Program-made: the position numbers and the translations under genes | Notes under the pieces: model-generated | Seen by the model: the letters and a program-made list of their open reading frames with translations, nothing else | Told to the model about the DNA's origin: nothing | Databases searched by the model: none | In this document: piece after piece, positions 38,697-51,384 of the stretch | Numbering within the stretch: the first letter of the stretch is position 1 | Layout of the letters: every line of letters begins with the position of its first letter | NCBI RefSeq assembly: GCF_006345805.1 | Contig: NC_043002.1 | Span: forward strand, 87,916,001-87,980,000 | Direction: 5' to 3' | Origin: Octopus sinensis | Taxonomy: Eukaryota | Length of the DNA stretch: 64,000 nt

Positions 38697-38985
38697 GTGG
38701 AGGCGCAATGGCCCAGTGGTTAAAACAGCGGACTTGCGGCCGTAGGATCGCGGTTTCGATTCCCAGACCGGGCGTTGTGAGTGTTTATTGAGGCTCCGGC
38801 TGCGGGTGGTGGCGATCCCTGCTGTACTCCTTCGCCACAACTTTCTCTCACTCTTTCTTCTGTTGGCTTGCTCGCTTAGCCAGCGGGGTGGCGTCATTTG
38901 AAGGCTAAAACAATGCGAAGCGCATTGTGACCAGCGATGTGTAGCAACATCTGATAGCCTGGTCGGTCACGGTGATCACGTGATA
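38697..38985 (+). mobile_element. SINE family 2, tail variant iii
   Basis: Head gtggaggcgcaatggcccagtgg; tail ttggcttgctcgcttagccagcgg...cacggtgatcacgtgata followed by (TA)n. Confidence 0.85.
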
Positions 38986-39527
38986 TATATATATATACAT
39001 AGAGTGCTGTTGCTCCACATCAGCTATGATCGAGCAGATTTACGACGTAATATGCTCAAGCTTTGACCAACCATCCCCTTTCTTATTATTTTTATTTTTT
39101 TTTTTGCAGTGCATCATTTCCGATATTTCCGAAATTTTCCGATTTTTTTTGTCGTTGCTTTTCGTCGGTAAAGTGTTATTTGTGAGGATATTTGGTTGCT
39201 ATTTCTTGCAGATTCAATGACATCGAAGTGTCTCCTGATATGGTTCAATCAACATTTGTTTGGTTGGTTATTTGGGCTTGGTCTGTGTTTGTGTATGTGT
39301 CTTTGAGTATTTGTGCGTGTGTATGTGTGTTTGCGTGTATGCTCGCGTGTTTGCATATGTATGTAAGCTTGTGTTTGTGTATATGTGAAGTCTTACGTAT
39401 GCACTTTCGTATATAAATATACATATATATATATATTATATATATATATATTATATATATATATATTATATATATATATATATATATTCATACACACATA
39501 TATATATATAGAGACATACATACATAC

Positions 39528-39581
<54 letters not shown>

Positions 39582-39623
39582 CACATACATACATACATAC
39601 ATACATACATGCATGCATGCATG

Positions 39624-39657
<34 letters not shown>

Positions 39658-39678
39658 TATATGTATGTATACATATAC

Positions 39679-39709
<31 letters not shown>

Positions 39710-40769
39710 CACATACATACATACATGCATGCATGCATGCATACCTACATACATACATACATACATACATACATACATACATACATACATACATACATAC
39801 ATACATACATACATACTTCTTCCAGTATTTTGTTTCAAGTCTACTTGTGCATGTGTTTACATGTATATCTTAACAGTAAATGTTTGTTCGTTTTATCACA
39901 TATTTTTGCTTTTTGTTTCACTTAGCCTTTTCTTTGTTTATCTTTAGTTTTTGATAAAAACTAAAGTCCGAAGTTGTTGTTATTGTTGTTGTCGTTGTTG
40001 TGTTGCTGTTGTTGTTGTTGTTACTACTGTTGTAATCATTAGATAAAATGGTGTCTGTACTTTTAATTTTAATAATATAATGACGTAAAATTGAATTAAA
40101 TAGAACTGAATTTTGCTCATTGTGTCAAACAAAATGGCTTCCCAGCTGAAGGAGGTTTAGTACATATTCTTTCATTGAAGTTGTTCTGTTTCTGCTAAGC
40201 TTAGAAGCTTAGCAGAAGTTTTCAAAACTTATTCGTCGCTAATCCCTTATACAATTTTCCAAAATCACGAAGCAGTATTTATATTTTACAAACTCTTCCT
40301 CTCTTCTAAAGGATTTTAGGGAAAGAACATATTCACTATAAAATAAAAAATTATTATTTTCAAATTGGTGAATACTGTTGTTTTATGAAATATTTTTATA
40401 TTAAATTCCAGTAAAGACAGCCTATCTTGTGGAACACAGAATTTTTTCACAGAATCTTGGGGTTCTTCAGAATCCAATTTTGAGGACTAAGCAATTTCTA
40501 AGCAATTCTTGTTCTGTTTAGTTGGTAGTATAGTAAAGCGAATAAGACAATGAGAGAAAATGGAGAACGGAAGTAACTGAAAAGTGACGAGAATAAATGT
40601 ATTAATTAATGATTTAAAGACTACTGTCTTATTTCGGGATAAAACTGTTCATTCTCAGCCAAGTGGGGGTAACAATTGCTGACATGCTCCTTTTTGTTAT
40701 GTAACATAAGCGCATTAAAAACTTTTCAATTAATTACAAAGTGTTAGGTACGTTCAAGCAAATTACTAC

Positions 40770-41830
40770 CATAAATCTGATAAAAACAATTTTACAGCAT
40801 CAAATGTTCGACTGTGTCTAGCATGCGAATTTCCTAAGAAAAGTGCCTTTGGATTCCATTCGTTTCTTGTCTCTTGGATCGAAGACTTTCTCAGGGATTG
40901 CACTATCGCAGCATGTACCGATGGGGCTCTCTTATGGTATGTTCCAAGCTTCAAGTTTGTCCTCTGTGCTCTTTCTCTTTTATAACCGTTGGCCAGCAAG
41001 TCTGACAACATCCACAGCTATGCATATGTGACTACCTTTCGCTCCTCCCTAATTTTTCTCATTCAACCATCACTTACATGAAGCCTAAATAACGACACTA
41101 ATTCTTTGATTTCGAAACATTCTCCAATGATAGTCAAGTCAGTATTGCTCCATCAACAGAACAACGAAACACTCACTATACACATCAAGAAAATGATCCT
41201 ATAAGCAATTCATGAACGTTAACAACGCACAACAAGAGAACTCAAAGTCACTCTATTGCTTGACTTCACAATCACAGATGATATCTGCTTGCTATCTCAT
41301 AGCTTCAACATAGCCCATTCGTCATTACTAAGACTGCATCTTAGAAGCCGACCTTCCATTTCAAGACGTCAAAATACTTCAACTCCCTGCAATTACTAAT
41401 CCTCTACAAAATTCAAGTGAGATTCACAGTAGAGTACTTCCCCCACATCCGGTACAGTTCTACCGTTATACATCCCTACATCCTAGACTGCAATGGGAAA
41501 GGCCACTGAATGATGGGCTTAAAGTTGTTCGCATACATACTCCAACCAATAGCCCATGTGGCGGTGATGGGGTGTTATCTCCTTACCCTTGCTCTCTTTT
41601 ACCGCTGCTGCTGCAATCTCTGCTCCTCAGAGCTGGCTAATCTCGTCTTACATTTATCCCCATCTGATTCCCTTGTCTCTGCTTTTCCCACATCTGTTTT
41701 TCCCAGGCTTTCTCACACCAATTATTTCGTCCTGATCTTCTTCCCCTTTGTACACGTCTCTCCTGCAGCCATCTAATTGCTTCTTTCCAAGAACATCAAC
41801 CACATCGCTCTCATTGGTATCAGAGGGTAT
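40770..41830 (+). pseudogene. Highly decayed CR1/L2-group LINE reverse transcriptase
   Basis: Fragments FGFHSFLVSWIEDFL, GMFQASSLSSVLFLF..NIHSYAY (from GVPQGSVL..YADD), QLLILYKIQVRFTVEYFPHI, LALFYRCC..CSSELA, CFFPRTS. Confidence 0.75.
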
Positions 41831-43255
41831 GTGAAAACCATAATCACAGTCAGTACCTTCATAATTAAACATAAAAAATGTTCTTTTCAAGGTCATAATG
41901 TGACACGTATATCATCTAAGTAACACGCCCAGTCAATCATTCTATTTCTTAATCAAGCATGAAATTTGAGCGTTTTCCCATCGCACAAATATATACTTTG
42001 ATGCTGGAATATGTTTGGCAGAACTTGGATAATTAATTGATTGTAATTATCCTCACTAACATGCATATGCCCGTGCATGTCGGTGAAGTGAAATATTTTA
42101 GTGGCAGTATGACCGTCATCACTTCTTACTTTGAAACATCAATAATTTCAATCAAAATGTTTCGGAAGTTTTTATTTCTATGCTAAATATTCATTTGCAG
42201 ATCACTTCCAGCTGTGCAATTATTATATTAACGATGCTAACATTCTTAGCAATGTGTTGTATCATGGAGAAAAGGCTATTGACTACTATTTGTTAATATA
42301 GAACCGGATGTAAACGAAGGAGTTTACTCGACATGCAATATTTAGATTTCAGAGCCATATTGAAATATTACAGCAAAACTCGTTTTCTATTACATAACAA
42401 AAAATGACACTGTTTTTTTGTTTGTTTGTTTGTTTGCTTTTTTCTTTTCGTGCATATGTTAACGTTTTCTATATGGTCGTAAGATACCTTCAGTAATTTC
42501 TTCTGCGTTATTAAATCACTATTAAACGTGTTGGCAATCTAGCAGAGAAAGTAAGCTATCAAATTAAATGCTTCTCACAATATAGTACTATCCTTTATAT
42601 TTCTGAAGTCTAATCCGACCAAATTCGAATTTACCCTTTATCCATCTGAAGTCAGTAAGTGCAGTTGTGCATCGAATCATTTAAATTGAATGTACATCGA
42701 CTCCGAGAATCAGTCTTATTGCACCTGTCTCAGAAATCAATACATGCCTCAGAGTATTAAACGCCATATTTTCTGTTTCTATTTTTCTATATATAAAAAT
42801 GCACTTTACATTAAGTTCATTTAAAGAATGTAATTAAATGAACCTTCCTTTTTATATATAGTGCCGATTTACTTCGTTTTAAAATTGACATGCTTATGAA
42901 TTTTGCGGCAATATATTCATTGTATTTTGCTGTGGTTTCTTAATATTTTACATCCTATTTTGCAAGGGACCTCATGTTTAAAAACAAAAACGGGAAGCTT
43001 CTAGAGAGCTAAAGTACTAGGCCTATGCAAAGTTAATCGAAGATCCTTTCCGCATTCTGAAGTTAATCTCCACATAAGAGTTATATGTTAATGCACTTTT
43101 TCTCCTCTCTTATTTATATTTACGTAATCTACTTAAGATCACCATTCTACAGCTACTTGAAAATCTTAAGAGATGGGACTAAATTGCTCCAGATGCAATA
43201 AACTATATAATGTCTCCCCGCTGATGGTGGTAGTGGTGGTGGTGGTGGTGGTGGT

Positions 43256-43309
<54 letters not shown>

Positions 43310-43331
43310 ATGTTGGTAGTGGTGGTGGTGA

Positions 43332-43372
<41 letters not shown>

Positions 43373-43476
43373 ATGGTGGTGGTGGTGGTGGTGTAGTAGT
43401 AGTAGTAGTAGTAGCGGTGATGGTGGTGGTGATGGTGGTGGTGGTGGTGGTAGAAGTAGTAGTAGTGGTGGTGGTG

Positions 43477-43511
<35 letters not shown>

Positions 43512-44002
43512 CTCTTTATCAGAGACACAAGGGCTGAGAGGAGATGCTTAAAAATGCATAGAAATGCTAGCCAGGACGCTTACAAAGAATGATAGACAGA
43601 TAAGTTGTACAAAAACGAGAGGAGGGTAAAAAAAAAAACTTTATTCTAAATATAAATGGAGGAAATAAAATTACAAAACGCAAATATATGCATGGAAATA
43701 AATATATTTTAAAAAGCAGAGTACTCTTAAGCTACACAATAATAAAAACAATTAAAAGGAAATAAACATGAAAAAAATCTACTGACTAGGTCGAGTCAGA
43801 GCACCGCACGTCCCTACCCGCTTCACATTGGTAGTATTGTTGTCACATGTACTCAAAGACATCCATTAACGTTTTATGGGTTGGTTGACATAGATATACA
43901 AGCACGTCTTCAATGTAGGACTGGTTCGTTCGTAATGTTATTCTTTTGTTTTTATTAGCAACCAGTCCATTGTGTATTTTTCTTTATTCTAAAACCCAGC
44001 TG

Positions 44003-44396
44003 GGATCTTTTCGGTTTGAACGGCAGTTTTTAACATAATTTCTAGGTAACTAAAAAGTTTTAAACTTCGTATACTGGTAGAATGTGTTTATAAAACATCT
44101 TTTTATCTTGGCTTTATTGAGAAAATTCTATAGTTTCTAAGATATTTGTTGTTGTTTTTTTCTTCAATTTCCGCAATTTCAACCAATCACTGACGTCTAT
44201 TGAGGTAAAAAAAACATTCTGTGCCGTATGAATATGTCCCTCGTTTAAGAAACAGATTGGGTTTATCCTTCCCCCACCCCTAATCCTAACCCTAAAACAG
44301 ATTGAAATGCAATAGATCGATACTAGGGTCATAATTATGGGTGACAATTTCATATGACACCGCTAGAAAAAACTGCCGTTCAAACCGAAAAGATCT
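44003..44396 (+). mobile_element. Merlin-like MITE, copy 3, with perfect 8-bp TSD
   Basis: TSD cccagctg at 43995-44002 and 44397-44404; GG termini. Confidence 0.82.
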
Positions 44397-44976
44397 CCCA
44401 GCTGCACCTCTGTCACTTTTATCTCATCGAAATATCCAAGGTTCCATAGATACGATTTTTATCTACTAGTTGCTGGTTTCATTTTCGAATGCTGGCGAAT
44501 CTGTTTTTCGTCCTCTTCTTTATCTTCTTCAATATTATTCAGAAAAGTGTCGTTGATATTGTTTTGATGAAGATGATACCCCTCACTTGTTTTAGCTGTT
44601 TTCTGTTAACTTTTTCTTTTGAGATTCTTTTCGCTTTGTTATTCCTCCCGCTCCCGTTCCCGCCGACAGTTCAGTTTCCTTTCTCTATTATCTCTTCCTA
44701 GATATACGACGATTGTGTAAGGCAACTGGTTACTACTTTTAGAGCATCCCCTGAATATTTTTTTTCGGGGGCAGGGCCAATAAAAACTCTTTAAACATCC
44801 TACTGGAAAACTTCATCGCCGAAACAAACGTAGAAACATTTTTGGACTGATTTGAAACATTATTTGAGTTATCTGGTTTGATTGACGTAGAAATAATAAT
44901 AATAACAACAACAACAACAACACCAACAACAACAACAATAATAATAATAATAATAATGATAATAATAATAATAATA

Positions 44977-47900
44977 AACACGAAGTAAATAGTAAAACAC
45001 GAAGACAAACGCAACATTACCAACAAACACGATGTAAACAACGAAGGGGAGCCTAATGATTATGATAATATAAAAAATAAAATAATCTTAGAACTGAAAA
45101 CCACAGAGCCCAAAATGGACCACCGACCATACCTCCCAAGAATAAAAATAAACGAAATAACAACACCAATTATAAACAGCATAAACCTAGCCGTCACTGA
45201 ACTAGCCACTGAAACAAAAAAAAGTGATATCACTGAACTAAATGACTTGATATACGCAGCAGCCACTGCAGCCACAAAAGAAGCTGGATACTCACCCAAA
45301 CCCGCCCAAACAGGAGTACCACCACCCAAACAAACCCTGTGGATAAATAACATCCAAAACAAAATAAAAAAAATTAGAAAAGACCTGTCGATTCTTAATG
45401 AGATCAGCAAACAATCAACGCTACTGAGCAACAAAAAGAGAACAAAAATGCTCCGCAAATATAACATCACAGAAAAAGATTTGCCGGAGATAAAAGAAAA
45501 GCTGAAGCAAGATATCCTTGCCAAAGCTCAAAGGATCCGCCGGTACGAGAAACGCCAACGCTTCTTTGAACAGAACAAAAAGTTCAACACCAACCCCAAA
45601 AAGTTCTACCAAGATCTGGGGAAAAATAAAATAGAAGTCACTGCAGCACCATCGGCAGAAGAATTGGAAGAATTCTGGAGAGAAATATGGTCGGCGAACG
45701 AACAGCCAAAAAAAAGGAGTATGAAAATAACAAACTCGGCATCTGAACAACTTTGGACCCCCATAACAACTGAAGAGGTCACCCAGGCACTGCAAAAACT
45801 AAGCAACTGGAAGGCACCTGGGCATGACAAGATCCCCAACTTCTGGTTGAAATATCTAACAGGAATGCACAAAAAGCTGGCTGAAAACTTTAACAGCATA
45901 CTAGCAGAGCCAGAGACAATGCCTGAATGGCTCACGAAGGGGAAAACCATCTTAATTCCCAAATCAAATGAAACAGCAAAACCAGAAAACTACAGACCAA
46001 TAACCTGCCTCCCTACTATGTTCAAGGCATTTACTGCAGTGATATCGCAAAGGCTGAACAAGCACCTGGACGAAAACAAACTGTTCCCAGAAGAGCAGAA
46101 AGGATGCCGCAAAGGCTCATATGGCTGTAAAGATCAACTAATGATTAATAAAGCCGTAACTGAAGACAGCCACAGAAAGAAGAAAGGCCTCAGTATGGCC
46201 TGGATTGACTACAAAAAGGCGTTTGATAGCATCCCCCACACATGGATCCTTGAAACACTAGCCATTAACAAAGTAGCACCAACAATCATAAAATTCATAG
46301 AGCACTCTATGAATAAATGGCAAACAGTCCTACATCTCCAAACAAAAGAGGGACTCATGAAAACCAAAGACATCCCCATCAGAAGAGGAATATTCCAGGG
46401 AGACACGCTCTCTCCACTCCTTTTCTGCTTGGCACTGTCACCTCTATCTGATATGCTAAATAGAACTGGATGCGGATATAAATGTTACGGCAAAACGATC
46501 AACCACCTTTTATATATGGATGACCTAAAACTATACGCTGCAAATGACAAACAGCTGGAAACACTATTAAAGACAGTTCATGGATTTACCAAAGAAATAG
46601 ATATGAAATTTGGATTAGAAAAATGCGCCAAAGTAACCATGAAAAGAGGAAAACTAGTTAAAAGTAACAACATCACACTAGATAAAACCAATGAAATAAA
46701 AGAATTAGACCAAAGCCAAACTTACAAATACTTAGGAATCCATGAACTAGATAAGACACAACACACACAAATGAAAGAGAAAATAAAAAAAGAATATTAT
46801 AGACGAGTTAGATCAATACTAAAAACAGAGCTCAATGCTAAAAACAAGATAATAGGTATCAACACTTTAGCTGTCCCAGTTATAAGTTACAGCTACAATA
46901 TCCTTAACTGGACACGAAATGAACTGTCCAAAATAGATAGGAAAACAAGAAAAATACTGACAGGATCTAGGATGCATCACCCAAAATCTGACATAGAAAG
47001 ACTATATATACAACGTATAGAAGGTGGTAGAGGCCTTATACAGCTGGAAAACTACTATAAAATAACCACCATAGGACTGCAAAAATACCTACTTCAGAAG
47101 GAAGGAAAACTGATCCAGATAACAGCAAAACACGAGCAAAACAGAAAACTGTTCTCAGTATTTAAGGAAGCTGACAAATACAAACAAGAAATCATACCAC
47201 CTAATAAACACGAAGAAGAAGAAGATGATGAAGAAACAACAAAAGCTATAAAACAAATGAAATCCAAACTAAAAATAGAACAGCAACGAACCATGATAAA
47301 ACGATGGCAAGAAAAGCCCCTTCATGGTAAATACTGCACTAAACTAAACGCAAAAGAAATAGACAAAGAAAGATCCCAGCAATGGTTGAGAAGCTCAGGA
47401 CTCAAAGCAGAAACAGAGGGATTTTTAATTGCAGCACAAGACCAAAGCCTCCCCACCAGAAATTACCAAAAACATGTAATGAAAAGAAATATTACAAGTA
47501 ACTGCAGAATATGTGGAGATGGACAAGAAACAATAAATCATATTATCTCTAGCTGCCCAGTCCTGGCTAAGAAGGAATATATTCACAGACATGACAGAGT
47601 TGGAACCTACATACACTGGAAGCTATGCCAACATTATGGAATAACAACAGAAAAAAGATGGTATAGGCACACACCAGAAAAGGTTACAGAAAACGAGAAA
47701 GCAACCATACTCTGGGATATGCCGATACACACAGATAGAGAAATTAAGGCCAACAGACCAGATATAGTTGTCAGAGATCATGAAGAAAAAAATGCTTTCT
47801 AATTGATGTATCAATACCGGCAGATGACAACGTGTCTCTAAAAGAAATGGAGAAACTCTCAAAATACAAAGACCTGGAAATAGAGGTAACTAGAATGTGG

Positions 47901-48168
47901 AATCTGAAAACAGAAACAATTCCTATCATAGTAGGTGCATTAGGCATGATAAAAAAATATTCAGACAAATACATAACAAAAACACCAGGACTTACAAACA
48001 CATATATCATACAGAAAATTGCACTACTAGGCACTGCACACATCCTACGCAGAGCACTTTCCATACAATAACCATCAGAGCATCACAACAAATCACAGCA
48101 CATACCCAAGGCACACAGAGCTGCGCTCGGTAGTGAAGTGATAGCACGCTATAAAAATAAAACTACTG
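44977..48168 (+). mobile_element. R4/Dong-clade non-LTR retrotransposon, 5'-truncated, inserted in (TAA)n
   Basis: (AAT)n on both sides; RT, CCHC knuckle and RLE; 3' UTR ending ataaaactactg. Confidence 0.93.
45115..47802 (+). CDS. R4/Dong RT-RLE polyprotein (895 aa; the last ~90 aa continue in the -1 frame to 48071)
   Basis: APGHDKI, YRPITCL, EEQKGCRKG, WIDYKKAFDSI, GIFQGDTLSPLLF, YMDDLKLY, FGLEKCA, YKYLG, CRICG..ETINHIISSC, RPDIVV; LID..SKYKDL follows after the frameshift. Confidence 0.92.
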   Translation: MDHRPYLPRIKINEITTPIINSINLAVTELATETKKSDITELNDLIYAAATAATKEAGYSPKPAQTGVPPPKQTLWINNIQNKIKKIRKDLSILNEISKQSTLLSNKKRTKMLRKYNITEKDLPEIKEKLKQDILAKAQRIRRYEKRQRFFEQNKKFNTNPKKFYQDLGKNKIEVTAAPSAEELEEFWREIWSANEQPKKRSMKITNSASEQLWTPITTEEVTQALQKLSNWKAPGHDKIPNFWLKYLTGMHKKLAENFNSILAEPETMPEWLTKGKTILIPKSNETAKPENYRPITCLPTMFKAFTAVISQRLNKHLDENKLFPEEQKGCRKGSYGCKDQLMINKAVTEDSHRKKKGLSMAWIDYKKAFDSIPHTWILETLAINKVAPTIIKFIEHSMNKWQTVLHLQTKEGLMKTKDIPIRRGIFQGDTLSPLLFCLALSPLSDMLNRTGCGYKCYGKTINHLLYMDDLKLYAANDKQLETLLKTVHGFTKEIDMKFGLEKCAKVTMKRGKLVKSNNITLDKTNEIKELDQSQTYKYLGIHELDKTQHTQMKEKIKKEYYRRVRSILKTELNAKNKIIGINTLAVPVISYSYNILNWTRNELSKIDRKTRKILTGSRMHHPKSDIERLYIQRIEGGRGLIQLENYYKITTIGLQKYLLQKEGKLIQITAKHEQNRKLFSVFKEADKYKQEIIPPNKHEEEEDDEETTKAIKQMKSKLKIEQQRTMIKRWQEKPLHGKYCTKLNAKEIDKERSQQWLRSSGLKAETEGFLIAAQDQSLPTRNYQKHVMKRNITSNCRICGDGQETINHIISSCPVLAKKEYIHRHDRVGTYIHWKLCQHYGITTEKRWYRHTPEKVTENEKATILWDMPIHTDREIKANRPDIVVRDHEEKNAF

Positions 48169-48186
48169 AATAATAATAATAATAAT

Positions 48187-49334
48187 AATAACCACCATAG
48201 GACTGCAAAAATATCTACTTCAGAAGGAAGGAAAACTGATACAAATAGCGGAAAAACACGAGCAACACAAAAAACTGTTCTCAGTATTTAAGGAAGCTGA
48301 CAAACAATAAATCATACCACCTAAAAAATATGAAGAAGAAGAAGAAGAAGAAGAAGAAGAAGAAGAAGAAGAAGAAGAAGAAGAAGAAGATGATGAAGAC
48401 ACAACAAAAGCTATAAAACAAACAAATGAAATCCAAACTAAAACTAGAACAGCAAAGAACCATGATAAAACGATGGCAAGAAAAGCCCATTCATGGCAAA
48501 TACTGGACTAAACTAAATGCAAAAGAAATAGACAAAGAAAAATCCCAGCAATGGTTGAGAAGCTCAGGACTCAAAGCAGAGACAGAGGGATTTTTAATTG
48601 CAGCACAAGACCAAAGCCTCCCCACCAGAAATTACCAAAAACATGTAATGAAAAGAAATATTACAAGTAACTGCAGAATATGTGGAGATGGACAAGAAAC
48701 AATAAATCATATTATCTCTGGCTGCCCAGTCCTGGCTAAGAAGGAATATATTCACAGACATGACAGTGTTGGAACCTACATACACTGGAAGCTATGCCAA
48801 CATTATGGAATAACAACAGAAAAAAGATGCTATAGGCACACACCAGAAAAGGTCACAGAAAACGAGAAAGCAACCATACTCTGGGATATGCCGATACACA
48901 CAGATAGAGAAATTAAGGCCAACAGACCAGATATAGTTGTCAGAGATCATGAAGAAAAAAATGCTTTCTAATTGATATATCAATACCGGCAGATGACAAC
49001 GTGTCTCTAAAAGAAATGGAGAAACTTTCAAAATACAAAGACCTGGAAATAGAGGTAACCAGAATGTGGAATCTAAAAACAGAAATAATCCCTATCATAG
49101 TAGGTGCATTGGGCATGATAAAAAAATATTCAGACAAATACATAACAAAAACACCAGGACTTACAAACACATATAACATACAGAAAATTGCACTACTAGG
49201 CACTGCACACATCCTACGCAGAACACTTTCCATACAATAACCATCAGAGCATCACAACAAATCGCAGCACATACCCAAGGCACACAGAGCTGCGCTCGGT
49301 AGTGAAGTGAAAGCACGCTATAAAAATAAAACTA

Positions 49335-49337
<3 letters not shown>
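48187..49337 (+). mobile_element. Second, more truncated Dong copy in head-to-tail tandem
   Basis: Highly similar to 47061-48168 with scattered substitutions, an internal stop and a (GAA)n expansion; followed by (AAT)n. Confidence 0.93.
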
Positions 49338-49383
<46 letters not shown>

Positions 49384-49397
49384 TTAATAATAATAAC

Positions 49398-49471
<74 letters not shown>

Positions 49472-49496
49472 TAATAATAATAATAATAAAAGTAAT

Positions 49497-49592
49497 GGCA
49501 GTAAATATTCTAAAATTGGAACGATTCACAGAAGATTAGCATGGCCCCTGTGCAAGGATGATACGCAAATTCGGGAAGCGTTCCATATTTTT
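49497..49592 (+). pseudogene. U6: U6 snRNA retrocopy/pseudogene (5' ~11 nt missing)
   Basis: ggcagtaaatattctaaaattggaacgattcacagaagattagcatggcccctgtgcaaggatgatacgcaaattcgggaagcgttccatattttt matches metazoan U6. The ACAGAGA box is mutated to TCACAGA and the upstream sequence is (TAA)n with no room for a promoter. Confidence 0.92.
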
Positions 49593-49829
49593 CATGCAAT
49601 AGAAAGTTGCTTGAAACTTTCAGATGTCAAGAAATAATAGTGGTGATAACGATGGTGATGAAGGTTACCTTAAATCAATTTATGAGAGACAGGAATTTCC
49701 GAAAAGCTCTGGTTGTAACAGCGAAAAGGCTTCTCTCTCGGCAGTGGATCAGTAAAGATGCAGATTGACTACAGATGTCATCCTAATACAGCACCAGCAG
49801 ATAATAGAGCAAGGAGAAGGAAGTGGACC

Positions 49830-49994
49830 AGCGAAGAAAGCAGGACAAAACAGTGTTATTAGGGACAGCTAGGATACTTAGGAGGGTTACATCTAAGGTT
49901 ACTTGCTGTAACCCGATAGGAGGGTTCTTGGCATCTAAAGCAACCGAAGTTAGGATGCATTTGTTTTTCAACAGGCTACTCTGTTGAGTATATA

Positions 49995-49996
<2 letters not shown>
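49830..49996 (+). mobile_element. 3' end of a further, older R4/Dong-type family
   Basis: 49847-49888 encodes KTVLLGTARILRRV (cf. KIALLGTAHILRRA and KIVLTGTSHVLRRA in the two other families); UTR ends at (AAT)n. Confidence 0.7.
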
Positions 49997-50039
<43 letters not shown>

Positions 50040-50329
50040 CATTATTTTCATATGGTTTTTTTTAGACATTCACTAGTATAACACTAAATACAAAACCAAA
50101 TATATGGCACACTAGGCATAACAACAACATGAACTTCCAACATGAACTTCCAACATGATTATTATTTTGGATGAAACAAAAATAATATGTATGTGTGTGA
50201 GTGAGTGTGTGTGTTATCATGTACATTGTTTTGTCTTGGTATAAAAGATGGCTTACTGCAAATATTCTGCTGAATACCACAGATTTGCTTGTCCGTTGTT
50301 TAAATTTTAAATTTCTAATTTTAAGGGGT

Positions 50330-50366
<37 letters not shown>

Positions 50367-50367
<1 letters not shown>

Positions 50368-50583
50368 GCGGCGAGCTGGCAGAATCGTTAGTACGCCGGG
50401 CAAAATTCCTGGCGCTATTTCGTACGTCTTTCGATACTGAGTTCAAATTCCACCGAGGTCGAATTTGCCTTTCATCCTTTCAGGGTCAATAAATTAGAGT
50501 ACCAGTTAAGTACTGGGATCGATGTGATCGACTTAAACCCTGCACCCAAAAATTTCAGGCCTTGTGCCTATAGTAGAAAGGAT
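50367..50583 (+). mobile_element. SINE family 1, tail type B, followed by (ATT)n
   Basis: Complete head-body-tail. Confidence 0.9.
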
Positions 50584-50597
50584 TATTATTATTATTA

Positions 50598-50691
<94 letters not shown>

Positions 50692-50750
50692 TAATATTAT
50701 CCTTATTATTATTATTATTATTATTATCATTATTATTATTATTATTATTA

Positions 50751-50786
<36 letters not shown>

Positions 50787-51172
50787 TATACCTGTGTTTG
50801 TTTTAGAGTTAAAATTGAAAACAATTAGCCTTGTTTGTAAAATAACTTGAACCTGGTTTTGTACCTACTAAATAAATTTATTCCCACACTTATACTGCTA
50901 CCATCGATCACGTCATTTTATCTGGATGCCGTCAGCTGGTCACATTTCTAGCGTGGCTTTCTGGCCTTTGGATGCCATTAAGATTTGCAACTTGTCGCTT
51001 CCCGTTAGCTTTGCCTTTGCCATCTGCCCATAGTGACAACCAGGCACGGATCCAATCTCTGCTGTCGTCATTCTTTTGTTTCCAATCTGTATTATTGTCA
51101 CTCTTTTGCTTCTTTGCCCCAATGCACTGGGGCCCGAGTATATAAGTGAAGGTGTATATATATATATATATA

Positions 51173-51364
51173 AAGGGAGAGTTTACGAAAAAAACTAAAG
51201 ACGAAGACAGGCGGTGTACAAAACAAACAGATGTATTAGTATAACGCTCAGGAATAGAAAAAAGTCTTTTACGTTTGGAGCCTACGCTCTTCTACAGAAA
51301 GGGACACAGAAAAAAACAAGGAGAGAAAAGATGTGTGTAGTGGCTAACGATCTGTCATGGTGAC
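51173..51364 (-). mobile_element. ~190-bp hammerhead-bearing repeat between (TA)n tracts
   Basis: Minus 51266-51301 reads CTTT-CTGTAGA-a-GAGC gtag GCTC-CAAAC-GTA-AAAG (G12 mutated to C here; G in the 33230 copy). Confidence 0.7.
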
Positions 51365-51384
51365 TTATATATATATATAAATTA

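Noticed and set aside
40190-40217. Perfect 12-bp hairpin ttctgctaagct-taga-agcttagcagaa
   Set aside because: Isolated short palindrome with no context or second copy.
41654-41896. 80-aa minus-strand ORF with protein-like composition
   Set aside because: Antisense to the decayed CR1/L2-type RT (the plus strand gives CFFPRTS).
44702-44716. 15-nt plus-strand microexon (ttcctag|...|gtaagg); similar 12-nt candidate at 6008-6019
   Set aside because: Splice-like signals of this quality arise by chance in 64 kb of AT-rich DNA; no supporting neighbouring exons.
45060-49233. Several minus-strand ORFs over the Dong elements (and plus-strand ORFs over the Tx1 LINE)
   Set aside because: Antisense shadows of real retrotransposon ORFs.
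49497-49592. Functional U6 gene
   Set aside because: The 5' stem is missing, the ACAGAGA box is mutated, and the upstream promoter position is occupied by (TAA)n.
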